From Octopus bimaculoides (Eukaryota): a DNA stretch of 64,000 nucleotides. The DNA lies in the NCBI RefSeq assembly GCF_001194135.2, contig NC_068995.1, positions 51,224,552-51,288,551 on the forward strand, written 5' to 3'. This document shows positions 34,931 to 48,362 of this stretch, piece after piece. Each line of letters begins with the position of its first letter. Position 1 is the stretch's first letter. The position numbers were made by a program, and so were the translations under genes. The notes beneath the pieces are model-generated. The model was not told the origin of the DNA, did not search any database, and saw only the letters and a program-made list of their open reading frames with translations.

Positions 34931-37677
34931 TGCCATTCTCCCTCAATTATGCTACACACACATTATGTATGTATGTATGTATGTATGTATGTATGTATGT
35001 ATGTATGTATGTATGTCTCTATGGTATGTATGTAAGTATGTATGTATGCATGCATATATATATATANNNNNNNNNNNNNNNNNNNNNNNNNNNNNNNNNN
35101 NNNNNNNNNNNNNNNNNNNNNNNNNNNNNNNNNNNNNNNNNNNNNNNNNNNNNNNNNNNNNNNNNNNNNNNNNNNNNNNNNNNNNNNNNNNNNNNNNNNN
35201 NNNNNNNNNNNNNNNNNNNNNNNNNNNNNNNNNNNNNNNNNNNNNNNNNNNNNNNNNNNNNNNNNNNNNNNNNNNNNNNNNNNNNNNNNNNNNNNNNNNN
35301 NNNNNNNNATATATATATGATATATATATATATTGCATTCTCTTTGAGATTTCTGGTAGGTGAGCTAATGACTTAAAACAAAAAAAGCTTTGATAAACTA
35401 ACTCAAGTGGTTTGGTTAGAAGTATTTGTATGTTTTTGAAAACTCGTTAGGAGACCACCAGAAGCCTGTTATCTTTTTATATTTTACTCAGGAGTAGTGA
35501 AGGTGTGTGGCCTAATTGCCAGGGTGTAAGGCTCACAGTTGTTAGATTGTGAGTTCACTTTTTGGGACCTGGCAATGTGTTGTATCCTTGAGCACAGCAC
35601 TTCATTTCACAGTGCTTCAATAGCAGTTACAATTATATGAATAATACAATCGTTCATAATATGAAACAATGCTGAAGGACTGTCTCTGCCAAATCATCTG
35701 TAATATGTAAGCATAAGAGAACAGATAAGATGATTTGGGACAGAGAGAAGAAAGAGTGTATAGAAGTAGAAATCAGTTACCCAACAGATGTTAACGTGAA
35801 GATAGGGGAAAAAGAAAACAAAGCTGAACTAATGAGGAATCAGTAGATATACTCCTTGGCCTGTAGCTTTACACTTATAGCTGTGATTGCTAGAGCAATT
35901 GGATATATAACTAACTGCCTCAGCATGTGTCTTGGGAAGCTGAGTTTCCCAAAACCAGAAAGGAGACAGGCAAATTATGAAGTTATAATTACAAGTCATT
36001 AATAGAACAGTGAAAATATGTAAGACATTCTAGAAGTTTAGCATTTAATAATTGATGACATACAAACGTATGTATATGTACACATACTTCAATCAAAACA
36101 TACAGATTCGATCATATAATGATAATCATTCTTGTACACATACATATGTACACCATGTACACATACATACATAGGTGCAAGAGTGGCTGTGTGGTAAGTA
36201 GCTTGCTTACCAAACATTGGGGTCAATGTAATTGACTAGGCCCCTCCTTGCAAAAATTTCAGGCCTTGTGCTTTTAGTAAAAGGATTATTATTATTATTA
36301 TTATTATTATTATTTAATTAGAGGGCAGCACATGCCATCAAAGTGACACTGGGGTAAAATATATACGAAGCCCCGTATAACCATCTTGACTGCCCGTCTG
36401 ATAAGGGTACACCAGGCACATGCATCACAACCATATGTACACGACATGGTGATCACATCTCAAAATAAACAGCTCAAGACCTTGCAGGTGGGGCCCAGTT
36501 AGAATTGTATTCAGGTCTGAATGCATTGCATCTTATAGCAGAAACGGCTGTAAGCTAATGAGGTTCATTGTTTAATTTTCTGTTCCTTTGTCACTTATTT
36601 AATTTCATATATATGCACACACACACACATCGCCACCCACAATGTCATGCTCGTTATCATCTACCCCGTTACGCCCACTTTCTCCATAATATGACATGGG
36701 GTGGACAAGACTTGTTATGGCAATATTCTTCCATAACAATGGTTGAAGTGCCTTGCTCAAGGACACAACACATGTAGAAGCACAAAAATAAACACACACA
36801 CACACATCTGCACATTCTCACACATACCATTTACACCAAGCAGTTTGATTTCATAACAATGATTTACATTGTTAGTGAAGACAGACTTTATAAAGACATT
36901 TAGGTCACATGATCTCATTTATATATATTTGCTTTGTTTTATTCATATGTTTGTTTATCTCTTTAATTAGTTATCTATTCAATTATTTATTTACTTAGGC
37001 ACCAAAAGAAATAGTTTGTTAAAAATTTAACATCAATTCAACTTATAAAGTGGTGTGTTTGTAATACCTGTGAGCTGGTGTGTATCTAAAGTGCAGGCAT
37101 AGCTGAAAGATTGAGAAGTTTGCTTTGCAATTCTGAAATCCCAGTTTCAATCCAACAGCATGGTATTTTTGTCAGTGTCTTCTATCACAAATTCCAGTTA
37201 GTCCTAAGCTTTATGAATAAAATTAGATAGACAGTAACTTTCTGAAAGCTCATTGCTGGGACTGTTTCAGTAATTTGTAATTTGAAAGTCCAGTTTTGTC
37301 ACATCAGAACCATGTTGTGTCTGCTGAGGGTGACATTAAGGGCACAAGTGCTTGTAAGATATTCAATTTTTTGTCTATCCTGTGCCATTATTTTTTTCTT
37401 CTGTTGTATATAGCCATAGGGCTTCATGCTGTTATATATGCATAATTCTTCGTCTGTTGTATTTATATAATGTCTTGTTTGTTTTTGTCTCAGTATACAT
37501 TCACTAGCTTTTTCCCAACAGCTTAACAACAGTGATTCAGCAAAAGAGAACCAATAGAATAAGTTCTAGGTTTACAAAGAATAAGTCCTGGGGTTGATTT
37601 GTTCGACTAAAGGTGGTGCTCCAGCAGGGCTACAGTCAAATGACTGAAACAAATGAAAGAATAAAACAGTAAAAGAT

Positions 37678-37708
<31 letters not shown>

Positions 37709-38546
37709 TGAGCGTTGGGCCTGATGGAGGCAAAGTGGCTGAGTTCCTTTCGAGTGTTGGGCTTCACGGAGGCAATAACCAAGACCTTTGGAATTATTTC
37801 ATGCTTGAGAAAAAGACCCACCAAGCCAAGCAAAATCACAGTCATGGCAGATACCGGTGTCATGCAAATGGGCACCCATGCTGGTGGCATGTAAATGCAT
37901 CCTGGTGTCACACAAATGGCACCTGTGCTGGTGGCACGTAGAAGCACCCATTACACCCTTGAAGAGGATGGCTTTAAGAAGGGCATTCTGCTGTAGAAAA
38001 CCATGCCAAATCAGACTGGAGCCTGGTGCAGCCTTCCAGCGTGCAGCTTGGTCAACCTATCCAACCCATGCCAGCATGGACAACAGACGTTAAATGACGA
38101 TGATAATGATGATGATGATGATATATATATATGATGGACTCTTTTGCCGAAGATGACATATGAGTGCTCAGCTTTTGTCAAATGATCTGCACAAATAATT
38201 TGTTTGTGGTGATCAAATGTTCCTGTCGCTCATTAGTTCACTCTGTCCATTGAAACAACATCACCTGAACAGGTGCACAGGTGTATCATGTGTCAGGTGT
38301 CGAAGTGATTACAGAGCAATGTGAGATGGAGTGTTTTGCTCATGATGACGATGACAACAATGGCAATGCTGACAACAATGGTACCAATGCTGAGGATAAC
38401 AGTGACAGTGATGATGATGATGCTGATGATGATGTTCATGATGGCAATCGCTATTACACTATGAAAAAAAAAACGTAAGCTAGGGGAGAGAGAGAGGGAG
38501 AGAGAGAGGGAGAGAAAGAGAGAGAGAGGGAGAGAGAGTGAGAGAA

Positions 38547-38577
<31 letters not shown>

Positions 38578-39066
38578 AAGAGTGAGTGAGAAAGAAAGAG
38601 ATAGATAGATAGAGAGAGAGAGAGAGNNNNNNNNNNNNNNNNNNNNNNNNNNNNNNNNNNNNNNNNNNNNNNNNNNNNNNNNNNNNNNNNNNNNNNNNNN
38701 NNNNNNNNNNNNNNNNNNNNNNNNNNNNNNNNNNNNNNNNNNNNNNNNNNNNNNNNNNNNNNNNNNNNNNNNNNNNNNNNNNNNNNNNNNNNNNNNNNNN
38801 NNNNNNNNNNNNNNNNNNNNNNNNNNNNNNNNNNNNNNNNNNNNNNNNNNNNNNNNNNNNNNNNNNNNNNNNNNNNNNNNNNNNNNNNNNNNNNNNNNNN
38901 NNNNNNNNNNNNNNNNNNNNNNNNNNNNNNNNNNNNNNNNNNNNNNNNNNNNNNNNNNNNNNNNNNNNNNNNNNNNNNNNNNNNNNNNNNNNNNNNNNNN
39001 NNNNNNNNNNNNNNNNNNNNNNNNNNNNNNNNNNNNNNNNNNNNNNNNNNNNNNNNNNNNNNNNNN

Positions 39067-39115
<49 letters not shown>

Positions 39116-40586
39116 TATATTGCAGTTCAAACCCCACCGCCTCACCCAATGGTTTTAAGACTTCCATTAATTGGTAAGTCTGAATAAATTATGAGAGAAA
39201 TGAACAAAGTTGTTTTGTTTAAAAGATGGCTGAAAGACGGGGAAATAATTGTGATTGAACTGAGAGTAAAGAGGCAAGAGATAATGGCACACTGATTGCT
39301 TTCCTTTCACTCACATACAATGTGCCACCATTATTGGTTGCTGCTGCCCCTGTTGTTGATGTTGTTATTGTTAGTGAAGGCACATGGCCTAATGGTTAGG
39401 TTATGCGGTCATGATTGCAAGGTCAGGAGTTCAATTCCTGGCTTTACGTTGATGCTTCTGTAACATTGGCTTTTTTTTTTTTCGTAAGTAGTAGTGTTGA
39501 CTTTGGAGGGAAGGCACGTGGCTTAGTGGTTAGGGCATTCACCTCGCAATCGTAAGACCACGAGTTCAATTCCTGGCAGCGCATTGACTCCTTGAGCGAG
39601 ACACTTTATTTCACGTTGCTCCAGTCCACTGAGATAGCAAAAATGTATGATGACTGGGTACATGTATGATGGGCTTCTCTCAGTTTCCATCAAGCAAATC
39701 CACTCACAAGGCTTTTGGTTGGCATGAGGATATAGTAGAAGACACTTGCCTAAGGTGCCACACAGTAGGACTGAACCCAAGACCACATGGTTCGGAAGTA
39801 AACTTCTTAATCATACAGCCATGCCTGTGTATATTATGATTATTTAGTCCACAATGGGAGTGAATTGTTCATAGTCTGTCTTTGAGTGGGAGTTGATCAT
39901 AAACTTCATCAGTAAATATGATGATATTCAGTATAAAATTGGATCATTTTATATGAACAAGTTGATGTCAAGTTTAAATATATATTCTGATGGCGATAAT
40001 TGAGATAAACTATGTCAGCTAAGACTTACCATTACCAAAGTACAAAGTTTAAGGGTAATATTTGAAAAGAAGTATGGAAGCAGGCCAGCAAGTAGACAAG
40101 CAAGCAGACAAACAGGCATGCAAACACATTGGCATGCATGAAGCCAGGCAAGTTGATACATAAGACGAGCAGTTATAGAATAGGTGAACAAATGAAAGAC
40201 GTACTCAACATATTTAGTTGGAGTTTAAGGTTTATTCAGCTCCACATTAAAGTTTTGTAAGCACAGAAATGTGTCAACACCCTTATATATATATATGGCG
40301 TTTGGCTTGGTTTTTATGGTTGGATACACTTCCTAATGCCAATTACTTTGCACAGTTTATGCTTTTACTCTTTTAGTTGTTTCAGTCATTTGACTGCGGC
40401 CATGCTGGAGCACCGCCTTTAGTCGAAGAACTTATTCTTTGTAAGCCTAGTACTTATTCTATTGGTCTCTTTTTTGCCGAACCACCAAGTAATGGGGGAC
40501 GTAAACACACCAGCATCGGTTGTCAAGCTATGTTGTGGGGACAAACACAGACACACAAACATATACACACACACACACATACACAA

Positions 40587-40641
<55 letters not shown>

Positions 40642-41013
40642 NNNNNNNNNNNNNNNNNNNNNNNNNNNNNNNNNNNNNNNNNNNNNNNNNNNNNNNNNNN
40701 NNNNNNNNNNNNNNNNNNNNNNNNNNNNNNNNNNNNNNNNNNNNNNNNNNNNNNNNNNNNNNNNNNNNNNNNNNNNNNNNNNNNNNNNNNNNNNNNNNNN
40801 NNNNNNNNNNNNNNNNNNNNNNNNNNNNNNNNNNNNNNNNNNNNNNNNNNNNNNNNNNNNNNNNNNNNNNNNNNNNNNNNNNNNNNNNNNNNNNNNNNNN
40901 NNNNNNNNNNNNNNNNNNNNNNNNNNNNNNNNNNNNNNNNNNNNNNNNNNNNNNNNNNNNNNNNNNNNNNNNNNNNNNNNNNNNNNNNNNNNNNNNNNNN
41001 NNNNNNNNNNNNN

Positions 41014-41051
<38 letters not shown>

Positions 41052-41667
41052 CTTATATATCTATGTGTGCGGGTATGTGTATATGTATACATACTCATAC
41101 ATATGTTGATAGATAGATAGATCGATCGATCGATCGACCGAGAGAGAGAGAGAGAATGGTAGAATCGAGAGAACGTCGGTCAAACAGCCTTGCGATATTT
41201 TATTCTGGCTCTTTACGTTCTGCGTTCAAATCCTGAAGAGGTCGACTTAGCTATTAATTCTTGCGGCGGAGGAAGGGAGGGGGGTCAATAAAATAAAAAG
41301 ACTAGTCACGTACTAAGGTGAAGAAATAGAACTTGGGAAGAAGAGAATGTTAAGAAATAGGAGTGCATGTATTTGAATGTTATGAGGATGCGTGAAGGCA
41401 AAGGTCCAAGAAAGAGAGACGAGGAATAATAGAAAGAAGTTAAATTAGCAGCGAAAGACAAATTGTTTTCCATTCGGAAACCTCAGCTAAATCTCCAACT
41501 TTAATCTCATACTTAAGCATATATGACTTAAATGAGATTTGGCTGCCTTTTCTAGCAGCTGGAACGACCATACAGACGATCCATCCTCCACCACCCTTAT
41601 TGATCAGAGGCCAACTTTGAGATACTCTCGCCGCTGCGAAACGATGTTTCGTTTCATGACATAGAAA

Positions 41668-41678
41668 TGCGCATGCGC
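41668..41678. promoter_or_regulatory. NRF1/EWG-type site TGCGCATGCGC
   Basis: Match to the NRF1 GCGCATGCGC palindrome in a CpG-rich unique region about 1.1 kb upstream of the gene 2 ATG; an E-box-like gtcatgtgat lies about 20 bp downstream. Confidence 0.5.
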
Positions 41679-42280
41679 CGATCTTCACTAATTGTCTGGT
41701 CATGTGATCGGGCTGCCCTAAAAATAAGAATATTGGCATCCATTTTATTACCCCTCCTCCTTTTACTATTATCATTATTATTATTATTATCAGCATAGTA
41801 ATTATTGTGGTAGTCGTATCCGTTTATTTATTATTGTGGTATCGAAGCTAATTTAAAAGAACAAGGATTAAATTTTTTATAATGGAATGTTTTCATAATC
41901 AGTATTTACTGATTGTATGTGAGAAAAAAAAAATCTATGCAGAATATATATTACATCGCATCTTGTGACATATACGTAACCGTGTCGTTGAATAAATAAC
42001 TAAAACTGTTGACCCTGTTAATTACCACACCTTTAAGAACCATAATTATTTGTTATAGCATTTATTTATTTGTAATAAACGAAACGAGTATAAGAGAAGA
42101 AACGGTATATTTTATATTGCAAAAAGCAGTATTATTGTAAATTCAAAAATTTAATGCACACAGTCTAATAGAGAGAGAGAGATCTATCTCGTCTTGTGAT
42201 GCATGCGCAACTGTGTCGCTGAATAACTCTACTGCTGTGCCCTTGTTTATTATTACCACCCCACTTCCACCACTACTTTC

Positions 42281-42310
<30 letters not shown>

Positions 42311-42316
<6 letters not shown>

Positions 42317-42360
42317 ATAGATAGTGACATCATATCACATCTAGTGACGCTCATTCAGTA
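42311..42360 (+). promoter_or_regulatory. Candidate core promoter of gene 2
   Basis: TATA-like tattaaa at 42311, CRE-like TGACATCA at 42325, Inr-like TCATTC/TCAGT at 42351-42359. Confidence 0.3.
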
Positions 42361-42815
42361 CTTGTGTTGTAGCTTGTAGATAGTACTTAATATTATTACT
42401 GTGCTAGTGTGGTTTTCTCTGCGTATGCGAGGTTAGTGCGTGAGTGTGTATTAACACTAACCAAGTGACTACTGCTGCTGCTGTTCTGGATTTTGTTGTT
42501 GTTTCTTTTTTTACTTCTTGGTGTTGTTGTTTGAGTGGTAAGAAAGAGAAATAAGAGAGAAAGGAGATAAACAGACACACAAACAGAAAGAGAGAGAGAG
42601 AGAGTAAGGGAAGACTCCAATTTGCCTTTCAGCTTCAACTCGAAGAGAAAGAAGCTGATTTTTTTTTTTTACTTCAACAAATATATTTTATATATTATAA
42701 GTATATATGCATTTATAAAGATAATACATACTAAAACACACGGAGCGGAAAAAGAACTCGTCAGAAGGACCAAATACATTTGCTGTTCTCTTCTTTGTAA
42801 GAACTCCCGCCGATC

Positions 42816-42879
42816 ATGGTTTCTCTACAACTTTTCCTCGCAGCATTTATCCAACTTCTCGTCATCGCATATGCAGATG
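42816..42879 (+). CDS. Gene 2 first coding exon, signal peptide MVSLQLFLAAFIQLLVIAYAD (phase 1 donor)
   Basis: Kozak-like gatcATGG, hydrophobic h-region, A-Y-A cleavage motif, strong donor G|gtaagc, CpG-rich unique context. Confidence 0.8.
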
Positions 42880-44981
42880 GTAAGCTAAAATTAATTAATT
42901 CTTACGAACATGTAGCAAATTTTGTCTATTTTTGCCATCTCTATTTCCCCTTCTATAGGGTTCATGCTTGTTGCACTTAAGGTTGCTTACTTTATGGGGT
43001 GTACATACACACACACACATATATATACACACACACAAACATTATAATTCGATTTAATTATATATAACTCTACTAATTATATTTTAATCTCGTGTCATTG
43101 ACTCTTAAGATGTTATTTGTATCAGTTTCTCGGAGGCTGCTTTTATACCATCGCTCCACCTTTTAGAAATTGCTGCTAAAAATACTAAAAAAAAAATCTT
43201 CCTCATATCGCACACCAGTCTTCGATAACGAGAAGTACAAATTAGATAACGTAGTTCAAGACATAACCTTAAAAAAGACGGTGGTGTCACAGTTGGAATG
43301 CCTCTGACCATAGGTCTCCCTCGATCGGAGCTGGCCCTGGGCTAAACATCTTGTTTCCTTCCTCCAACCTTATATTTATTAAACGCTTTATTAGTATTTC
43401 TGTCTACTAGTCAGTTATTAATAACCTCTTTAAATGTATATATACGCTTATATTAATATATATATCCTGTATGTGCATGACATTTATTTTATCATTTCGT
43501 GATTAATAAAAAAAACCCCCCAAATTAAAGTCGGTTTAGTCGATGTTCTTTCCAATCGTAATGAGTGGATGTAAAAGAAAACAGGAGAAAAGGTACCAAT
43601 TAATTGGTTTGTGGCTGATTAATTCCACTTCGTTCGTTACTCAGAGTTTCTCGCTACGTAAAAGGCGAACTTATACATCTTTTTTGTCGTTCGAAAGATG
43701 CGTTAAATATGAAAGAACTCATTCGTAATAGAATATAATATTGTAATTGACATAACGGTATTAAAGTATATTATCAAGTACAGTGGAAGTCGCCGTGTAA
43801 TATGATCAATTTAGGACGAAGCCTTTTCATAATAACCGGTTGATCGCATTAAACGAATAAGGTACTTGGAACCTATTAATTTCGATAACGGTAGCCAGCT
43901 TATATATAGCATTAACCGTGATTGTAATAAGCGGCTTCTATTTTTTTCTATTTATTTTGAAGCTAGTACTTGACATTTCGATCCTCATATTTTCATTGTA
44001 ATTAAAACATTTTATGTATTAACTGCATCAAAATACAATTTATAGAAGTAAATGGACAATAACAGTAAAAATGAGCAAAATTTTTCTAAATTGTTTCGTG
44101 TTATCTGACGAGAGTTAAGTGATATGGGTTGGGTTATGTATTTATATTCTTAGAAGTGAGTCTGCTAAACAAATTCCGAAGAATACAAATACAAGAAGAC
44201 TTTATTGAAGCTTAATATTGTTGGATCTTGTTTTTAGCCCCGAGTCGGCGGACCCCGATCCAGCAAGAACTATAATCAAATACAATTCTATCCACGACCA
44301 TCTCCGCATTATCCTGCTTGTCCTTTCCTTAAAAAAATAAATAAATGGTAACCATTGGAAGTGGTTTGTAGCACGTCGAACGACCATGCCGAGGTTTATC
44401 TCTTTTGAATCGTGGATCAAGCTTGTCTAAGAGCAATGGTATCAATTTAACTTTCAGGTTGCAGCATATTCCTTATTAATACGACTATAATCAGAGGCAT
44501 ACCAGCCGCGACAATCCTGTCTGACTGCAAGGCACTGTATTCAAAGCCACATTATCCCGTGTGACCTTATCTTTTTATTTATTTCTAGGCAATAGGGTCT
44601 AATTTGAGGGACAATTCTCTATTTCAAGCGTGCTCTGTTAGAAAAAGGAACTAAATCTCCTTCAGATAACACCTGACCATCCAAAGTACAACAGTGTAGT
44701 TGTAAATGTAGAGAGGAATGGATGGTTACAGCTGGAAGAGGAATTTTTATCAGAGTGTGTTATTCGGTGAGGACTGTCCTGGAGTTTGCACTCTGTGGTG
44801 CTTTTTGATATCGTGATCCTCTTACATCTGACACCCACCTATCTTCCTGCTGCTACCATTTTTACCTCTCCGCCACCATTTACTAGTATTTACTACTATT
44901 ACTACTGCTACCTCCGTCACTACTTGCTGATCACATTTGTATTCCATATTAGTTAATACTGATTGTGTCGAGTCTTTGCGC

Positions 44982-45018
<37 letters not shown>

Positions 45019-45084
45019 CGCATACACACGTATATTCGATAAATAATTATAAAAATACCTGGGAAAAATATACCACTCGAGATC

Positions 45085-45125
<41 letters not shown>

Positions 45126-45412
45126 NNNNNNNNNNNNNNNNNNNNNNNNNNNNNNNNNNNNNNNNNNNNNNNNNNNNNNNNNNNNNNNNNNNNNNNNNNN
45201 NNNNNNNNNNNNNNNNNNNNNNNNNNNNNNNNNNNNNNNNNNNNNNNNNNNNNNNNNNNNNNNNNNNNNNNNNNNNNNNNNNNNNNNNNNNNNNNNNNNN
45301 NNNNNNNNNNNNNNNNNNNNNNNNNNNNNNNNNNNNNNNNNNNNNNNNNNNNNNNNNNNNNNNNNNNNNNNNNNNNNNNNNNNNNNNNNNNNNNNNNNNN
45401 NNNNNNNNNNNN

Positions 45413-45469
<57 letters not shown>

Positions 45470-47999
45470 AGATATATGTATAGATATATATATGATGGGT
45501 ACTATTCTTGAATAGTTCCTATATGTTTTATTTTGGTCGAGTCAGTCTCTTATTGAGTTCGCTTGTGGGTACATTGGATCTTCAGGCAAATGTACGCTTG
45601 TGTCCCAACTTGACCAAAATAAAAATGTTATTAATGTGTACTTCATGGTACCAAATACTCTTTCCTCCGACACTAAACACACGTGTGTGTATATAATATA
45701 TAGTTATTGGCGATCTTTCGATACCAGTATGAAATATCGCCTAGTCATTTATTCATTCCTTGGCCTCAGCTGTTCTGTTTCAATCTCAAACGTTTTCGTA
45801 TCAGTGTTATTGTATTGAAGCGCCAGTGCACCTTTCTGTTTATAATATGTTATATTATCTTCATCCCTCTCAAACCAAGCCAGTTCTGAATTATTTATAG
45901 TACATGCTACATCAGTTTAAAGTTTAATTTGCCTTAGTATACACATAGTTGCAATTATTCCAGTACATGGCGATGTGTTTGTGTGTTTATGGTAGCCGCT
46001 AAGACTTGTTACGTAAAGGTCAGCTATGATGGGGGAAATATTCACGGAATCACGATATACAGTTGCGCATATATTTATATACACACGCACCGAATATGTT
46101 GTTGTTGTTGTTGCCTTTTCAGGTCACTAATCGGAGTTACCCCTAATTTTCGTTTTCTCGGGCGTTGAAAGTTTCACTTCAATCAATAACCATATAACAT
46201 TGAGTGCTCTTTCGCTTTTTTATTCAGCAATTTTGGAATTGTGTGTATCAACGTGTATACATACGTGCTTTTGGATGTGTTAAATAGGCTGTGTTAAATA
46301 CGCAACGAAAGTATAGAATAAGTACACCCGGTGTTTGGGGTTAGGGGTTTTGTTAGGCCGAAAACTGGTGATGTACGTATTCTTTATCTCCGCCAAATAC
46401 ACTTTTTAACCGGCTGATTTAAAGGGGTGGGTGTGTGGATTCTTTTCTGCTGTGTTTTAGCAGAAGTCATGAGTTCGTTCCTTGACAGATCCAGTTTTAC
46501 TCAACTCTGCTAATAGATTTAAAGAAATATCCAAACTAACAACTTGCCATTTATTTACTCCTCTCCTAACATTCCAAGCATTTGTGTTTCTATACAAGCA
46601 AGCATTCCCACCATTATGACAGTGTTCGCGTTCCTGAAAAGTTTGCCGTAATGTGAAATTCCGTAACGTGAAATTACCTTTCCTTTGACTTCCATGGGAA
46701 AGGGATTTCTCAATATGGCAAAATTTTCGGGGCGCGAAACATTTTTGTGAAGCAGTGTTTGTTATCTCACTGTTTTGAGTTCAGTTCACGCCGGTGACAA
46801 GTTGCCAGTGACACACCCACACACACATATATATATACACATACATACATACGTACACATATACATGCACATATATGTCGTTTCAATCGACTTGTTTTTA
46901 AATCATGTCCTTAGAAAATTTGATTTGTATTAGTTGATGTAAGTTTAAAATGTTTCAAACGCGTTGACAAAGTGAAACGAGATTGCGCGGAGTTCATGGC
47001 TTTTTCAAGGTTATTTATTCTGTATTAAATGGCTGGTAAGAAGAATTAGCGCAGAATGTATAAAGTTGTACTTGAGATATTGAAGGTACCTTTTATTCGG
47101 TCGGTCTATCTCGGATGAAGTAGTGGGAGTGTGAATGTGATAGTCAATGAGTACCTCTTTTAAATACGAGGGGGTTGATTCTGTTGGCTATTTAGCCTTC
47201 TTATATGACAGAAAAAAAAGTGTAGACAGTAAAAAAACCCACTGAGATTGCTGCGACTCTCGGTTACAGGTATCTCACTTCCCCTCTGTCGTGTCTCGTA
47301 ATCTCAGCTTTCTTGCTTAGGAGCCAACAATTAAACATGCACTGTCGCTCGGACTGCTAGAAATAACAGCCAAATTTCGCTCTCAAATCGTACCTTAACG
47401 TCTTAAAAAAACCCAAGGGTATCTGGATGATGATGATGTTATCGAATAGCCATGGTTGATGAAAAGAATTCTTTGACAATAGGTAATGTTGCATTGAAAA
47501 AACAGTCCTGTCCATATTGGGTATTGATATGACATACATACAGCAATAATACTATAAATAAATCTAATTAACTGGAATAATTCTGTAAAACGTGTTCGTT
47601 CTGAGTGTGCGGTAAATTAATCTTGAAATTATGTGTTAGAAACTTTTATCCACTAGTGTACCCGCGAAGTGTTACAGAGATAAGTTAGTTCCCGAATGAA
47701 ATCATTCTGACACTCCCAACCATTTCACCTGTAATCACTTCTCTTAGATACCTGTATCATTTCGTGGATCCGGGACACCTTAGCCATCCAGGATTGTTAT
47801 AACGAGGCAGTGACATAGAATGTGAAAACAGAGGTGTATCAAAGAGTCATGACCTGGATGCGGTCCCGCCCCCTTCAAATGTAAGGAGTTTAAGGGCCGG
47901 AACACTTGCATTCGGAGGGCTTCTTTTCTGAAGGCCCTCTGTTGTTCAGTTCTCCCCTTGAGCCCCTCCCTCTCTCTCTGTGAAATGTTTGTTTATTAA

Positions 48000-48362
48000 A
48001 GCTGGCAGAATCGTTAGAGCATCTGAAGAATTTCCTTTAGTAGTTGTTCCGGCCCTTTATGTTCTGAGTTGAAATCCCGTCGGTGGTTGGTGGGGGTCAA
48101 CTTTGCTTTTCACCCTTTTGTGGTCGCTAAAATAATGTACCAGACAAACAAGGATGCCGATTGCATCGACTAACTCCGCTCCGCTCCCTCCAAAATTACT
48201 CACCTTTGTGCTTAATTCAAACCCCACCAATATCCACTTTGTATTTCATTCGTCCGGTCGGTCTGAGATCGATAAAATAAGGAAAGGAAAGCAATGGGTA
48301 GATACTGGAGTCAATGTAATCGAGTACCTCCCTCTTGTGCCTATATTAGAAAACAGTTATTG
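48000..48362 (+). mobile_element. tRNA-headed SINE, family D (CpG-retaining cluster)
   Basis: ggcagaatcgttag...ttctgagttgaaatccc...tttgctttt..cctttt..ggtcg.taaaata; further copies at 48820-49010 (minus), 49785-50345, 53595-53750 (minus), 61540-61735 (minus), 33790-33995 (minus) and 12755-12900. Confidence 0.75.
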
